Below are positions 59,661-64,000 of a stretch of DNA of 64,000 nt, one piece after another (the first letter of the stretch is position 1; each line of letters opens with the position of its first letter). Location of the stretch: positions 173,905-237,904 of the forward strand of contig JAPDFW010000100.1 of NCBI GenBank assembly GCA_028826165.1. The letters are read 5' to 3'. The notes beneath the pieces were generated by a model, which was given only the letters and a program-made list of their open reading frames with translations, was not told the origin of the DNA and ran no database searches. Both the position numbers and the translations under genes were made by a program. The DNA is from Anaeramoeba ignava BMAN. Lineage: Eukaryota > Protista > Anaeramoebae.

Positions 59661-62600
59661 ATGAATCAAGAAAATCAAAATCAAAACCAAAATCAAAATC
59701 AAAATCAAAATCAAAATCAAAATCAAAATCAAAATCAAAATCAAAATCAAAAGTAAAAAAATAAACAAAAAAAAACAAAAAATAAAAAAAATTTTTTTTT
59801 CTTTTTATTTCTTTATTAAATTAAAATTTAATTTATTTTAAACATTAAATCAATTCAAAAAACAAACAAAAAACACAAAAAAAAAAACAAATTTATTTTT
59901 ATTTTTAAATTATTTATTTTTTAATAATAATAAAAAAAACAGAAATCAAAAATCAAAATCAAAATCAAAATCAAAATCAAAATCAAAATCAAAATCAAAA
60001 TCAAAATCAATTCCAAAATCAAAATCAAAATCAAAATCAAAATCAAAATCAAAATCAATTCCAAAATGTAAGAAATCCAAGAAATTCAAGAAATTCAAGA
60101 AATCAAAGAAATCAAAGAAATCAAAATCAAAACCAAAGAAATCAAAATCAAAATCAAAATCAAAATCAAAATCAAAATCAAAATCAAAATCAAAATCAAT
60201 TCCAAAATCAAAATCAAAATCAAAATCAAAATCAAAATCAAAATCAATTTCAAAATGTAAGAAATCCAAGAAATTCAAGAAATTCAAGAAATCGAAGAAA
60301 TCCAAATCAAAATCAAAGAAATCCAAATCGAAGTCCAAATAAAAGTCCAAATCAAAGAAATCAAAATCAAAATCAAAATCAAAATAAACCAAAAACACAA
60401 AAAGAAATTGCTCAAAAAGAATTTCGAAATTTTACATTTGAACTTCATAATGGATTAAGAAATAATGATATACCAAAATTAAATGATCTTTATAATATTA
60501 AAGTTGTTGAATTATCAAAAATACAAGTTAGTTTATGGCCAAATACTCAAGAAATTCTTCAATTTATTCATAATATTTCTCAAAGTATATTTATTTATAA
60601 AAATTAATATTAAAATTAAAATTAAAATTAAAATTAAAATTAAAATTAAAATTAAAATTAAAATTAATATTAAAATTAAAATTTAAAATTAAAATAAAAT
60701 TAAAATTAAAATTAAAATAAAATTAAAATTAAAATTAATATTAAAATTAAAATTAAAATTAAAATTAAAATTAAAATTAAAATTAAAATAAAAATAAAAA
60801 TTAAAATTAAAATTAATATTAATATTAATATTAAAATTAAAATTAAAATTAAAATTAAAGACAAAAAACAACCACAAGAAACACATGAACTTCTTCCACT
60901 TTTATATCAAGAATTATATTATCGATATATCTTTTCCAAAGAAAAACCATCATTAGAATATTATGTTAAATCATATTTAAATTATGAAGAATTATTTGAA
61001 AAAGTAAAACAACCACAAAATAAAAGAAGTATAAATTTACCGATAAATTGGTGTTGGGATATTATTGATGAATTCATTTATCAATTTCAAAGCTTTTCAA
61101 TTTTTACAAATCAATTAAAATATCCAAGAGATAAAAATGAAATTAATGAATTAACAACCAAATATAAAGATATTTGGAATCCAAGAAATGTTTTGAAAAG
61201 ATTACAAAATCTTAGTCAAATATCTAAATTTGATGAATTACAAAATCCAGAAAAATTCAAAATTGAAAATTTATTAGGATATTTTTCAATGATTGGACAA
61301 ATTTTAATTAATACACAAATTGGAGATTATAATCTTGCATTACAATATGCTAAAAATTTCAATTTATTTGAAAGAGATTTTTATACAAGAGTATTAAGAT
61401 GTAGTATGAGTTTACATTATAATGTTGGATTTTGCTATTTAATGACAAATCAATTTGTAAATGGAATTAAACATTTTGCATCAATTTTAAGTTATTTTTC
61501 AAGAGTTAAACAAAATGATTTATTAGAATTTCAACAAGAAGCAATAATGAAAAAAGTCGATCAAATGTATTCATTACTTGCAATATGTTGGGTATTTGGA
61601 TCAGATAAATTTTCTAAAATACCTGATATAATATTAGAAAATTTAGAATCAAAACATTCATCACAAATTACAAGAATTAAGAATGGGTAAATAATATAAA
61701 TTAAAATTTAAAATTAAAATTAAAATTAAAATTAAAATTAAAATCAAAATTAAAATTAAAATCAAAATTAAAATTAAAATTAAAATTAAAATTAAAATTA
61801 AAATTAAAATTAAAATTAAAATTAAAATTAAAATTAAAATTAAAATTTAAAATTAAAATTAAAATTAAAAATAAAAATTAAAATTAAAAATTAAAATTAA
61901 AATTAAAATTAAAATTAAAATTAAAATTAAAATTAAAATTAAAATTAAAATTAAAAATTAAAATTAAAATTAAAATTAAAATTATAAATAAAATTTAAAA
62001 TTAAAATTAAAATTAAAATCAAAATTAAAATTAAAATTAAAAATAAAATTAAAATAAAAATTAAAAATTAAAATTAAAATTAAAATTAAAATTAAAATTA
62101 AAATTATAATTAAAATTAAAATTAAAATAAAATTAAAATTAAAATTAAAATTAAAATTAAAATTAAAATTTAAAATTAAAATTAAAATAATAAAATTAAA
62201 ATTAAAATTATAATCAAAATTAAAATTAAAATAAAATAGAGAAGAAGAAGCATTAATTGAATTATTTTCATTATCAACACCAAAAACAATTAATATTTCA
62301 CAAGCACAATTTTTAAAAGAAAACATGATTAAAAGAAAATTATCAAATCAAATTGAATTATTTAAAAACAAAATGAGACCACATCTTGAAGCATTAAAAC
62401 TTAAAAGAAATCTTGAAATGTATCAAAATGTTGAAATTTCTAAATTAGCAAAAAACACAAACAAAAATGAAAAGAAAATTATTGAAGAATTATTATTATT
62501 AAAATCAAGAATTTTAGAAATTAATTTATATAAAAACAAAAATGAAAAAAATGAAAAAAATGAAGAAGAAGAAGAAATTAATAAATTAGATCAAGGTATT

Positions 62601-62720
62601 CAATTTTTAATTGAAAAACAAACAGTTAAAATTGAAGAAATCAAAAATCAAAAGAAAATTGGAGCATATTTTATTTACCAAATTTCAAATTTATCAGATT
62701 TAAAACTTAATCAAATTTAA
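59661..62720 (+). CDS. EIF3L: Translation initiation factor eIF3 subunit L, multi-exon, (NQ)n N-terminus
   Basis: LYQELYYRYIF..SYLNY..LPINWCWDIIDEFIYQFQSF..IWNPRNVL..LGYFSMIG..GDYNLAL..YNVGFCYLM. N-terminal exon structure is uncertain. Confidence 0.9.
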
Positions 62721-62759
62721 AATCAAATTTAAAATAAAAATTAAAATTAAAATCTAGAA

Positions 62760-63270
62760 TCAAAATCAAAATCAAAAATAAAAACAAAATTAAAGCATAA
62801 TAAAATTTTCATTTTATATTGCTGGAAAAAGACGAAAAATTGAATTGGTAAATTTGATTTGAATTTAAATTTGAATTTAAATTTGAATTTTGATTTAAAT
62901 TTTGAGAAACAAATAAAGAAGAATTTGATTCAATTAATTACTAAATTTCGATGATATTTTTGAAATTTCTTCACACCATAAATTTAAAAGGTAAACCTCC
63001 TTGTTTTTCATTTCTTTGATATTTTATATTCTTTTCTGAATCAAAAATCAAATATATCAGCAACTCGACTTGAAACAATTTCAACAACATTTTTAAGAAA
63101 TTGTGGTTCTTGTTTCTTGCTTTTTAAGAAAAATTTTCTTTCATTTTCTAAAGATAGAAAAGTAATTGAATTTTTAAATCAATATCTAAATCTCCTAAAT
63201 TTTTTTAAAACATCATCAATAAATTCTTCATCTAAAAGAAACATATCTTGCTTTAAAGAATTTAAAATTG
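62760..63270 (-). other. Probable 3' exon(s) of a further gene, unreadable because of multiple frameshifts
   Basis: Codon-like text (TILNSLKQDMFLLDEEFIDDVLKK...) after an AG at ~63272; adjacent sequence looks like low-quality consensus. Confidence 0.35.
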
Positions 63271-64000
63271 TCTAAATTTTTTAAAATCAAATTTTAAATA
63301 TTAATTTAAATATTTATTTAAAAATTGATTTAAACATTAATTTAAATATTGATTTAAATACTAATTTAAAAATTAATTTTAATATTAATATAAATATAAT
63401 ATTGATTTAAAATATTAATTTAAATATTTTAAGATGAATTTAAATATGATTTAAATATTAATTTAAATATTTAATTTAAATATTAATTTAAATATTGATT
63501 TAAATATTGATTTTAAATATTAATGTTGTTTAATATGTAAATAATTTGGGTATGGTTGGTTTAAATATTATTATGTACATTGTTCTAAATATTTAAATAT
63601 TGATTTAAATATTGATTTAAATATTAATTTAGGTGGATTTAAATATTTGATTTTAAACATTTATTTAAAGAGAAGAGGTAAAATATTGGGCTACATTCAC
63701 TTGGGTTATTTGGGATATTAATATATAGAGGGATGATTTAAATATCAATTTTCAAATGGTTAATTTAAATATTAATTTAACACTTAAATATTAATTTAAA
63801 TATTAATTTAAATATTGATTTGGGTCATTTAGGTAGTCAAAATATTGATTTCTGCAAATGATATGATTAAATATTAATATAAATAGTTAAGTTCTCAAAT
63901 ACAGAATTTTAAACATAAATATTAATTTAGCCATCACTAAAGGCTTAATTTAAATATTAATTTAAAGAGCCATTATAAATATATTTAGTAAATAACATAC

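Noticed and set aside
63280-64000. Irregular repeat with scattered G/C patches as a telomeric or novel element
   Set aside because: It looks like a noisy low-coverage consensus of an AT-rich intronic satellite; there is no regular telomere unit, and the adjacent exon is riddled with indels.
1-64000. tRNA, rRNA or other structured ncRNA genes
   Set aside because: None recognisable by eye; a covariance-model scan would be needed to exclude small ones.

Overview
Extremely AT-rich, intron-containing eukaryotic (protist) DNA. The N/Q/K/E low-complexity inserts, satellite-filled introns, and expanded Ras and ankyrin-BTB genes resemble an anaerobic amoeba/metamonad such as Anaeramoeba; this is an inference, not verified. 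Scattered single-base frameshifts in homopolymers or repeats suggest long-read consensus errors. Gene order: five tandem divergent Ras-like genes with 92-bp minisatellites; TRAPPC10 and Miro head-to-head; two ankyrin genes; a degenerate NRPS fused to a PH domain; a divergent Rab; three tandem HExxH proteins; a MIR-less protein O-mannosyltransferase; a low-complexity protein; RNase H2A; VIT-vWA; Ras; an rvt-type cellular reverse transcriptase; eIF3L. The most striking feature is invisible to the ORF track. The ankyrin-BTB gene (19014-26479, minus strand) has one phase-0 exon per ankyrin repeat, and all 20 inter-repeat gaps contain AG/GT-flanked microexons. Twenty-nine of these are single codons (3 nt), mostly in pairs, and they supply exactly the two variable beta-turn residues (D-x-x-G) of the ankyrin binding surface. 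All splice models were read by eye and need RNA confirmation.
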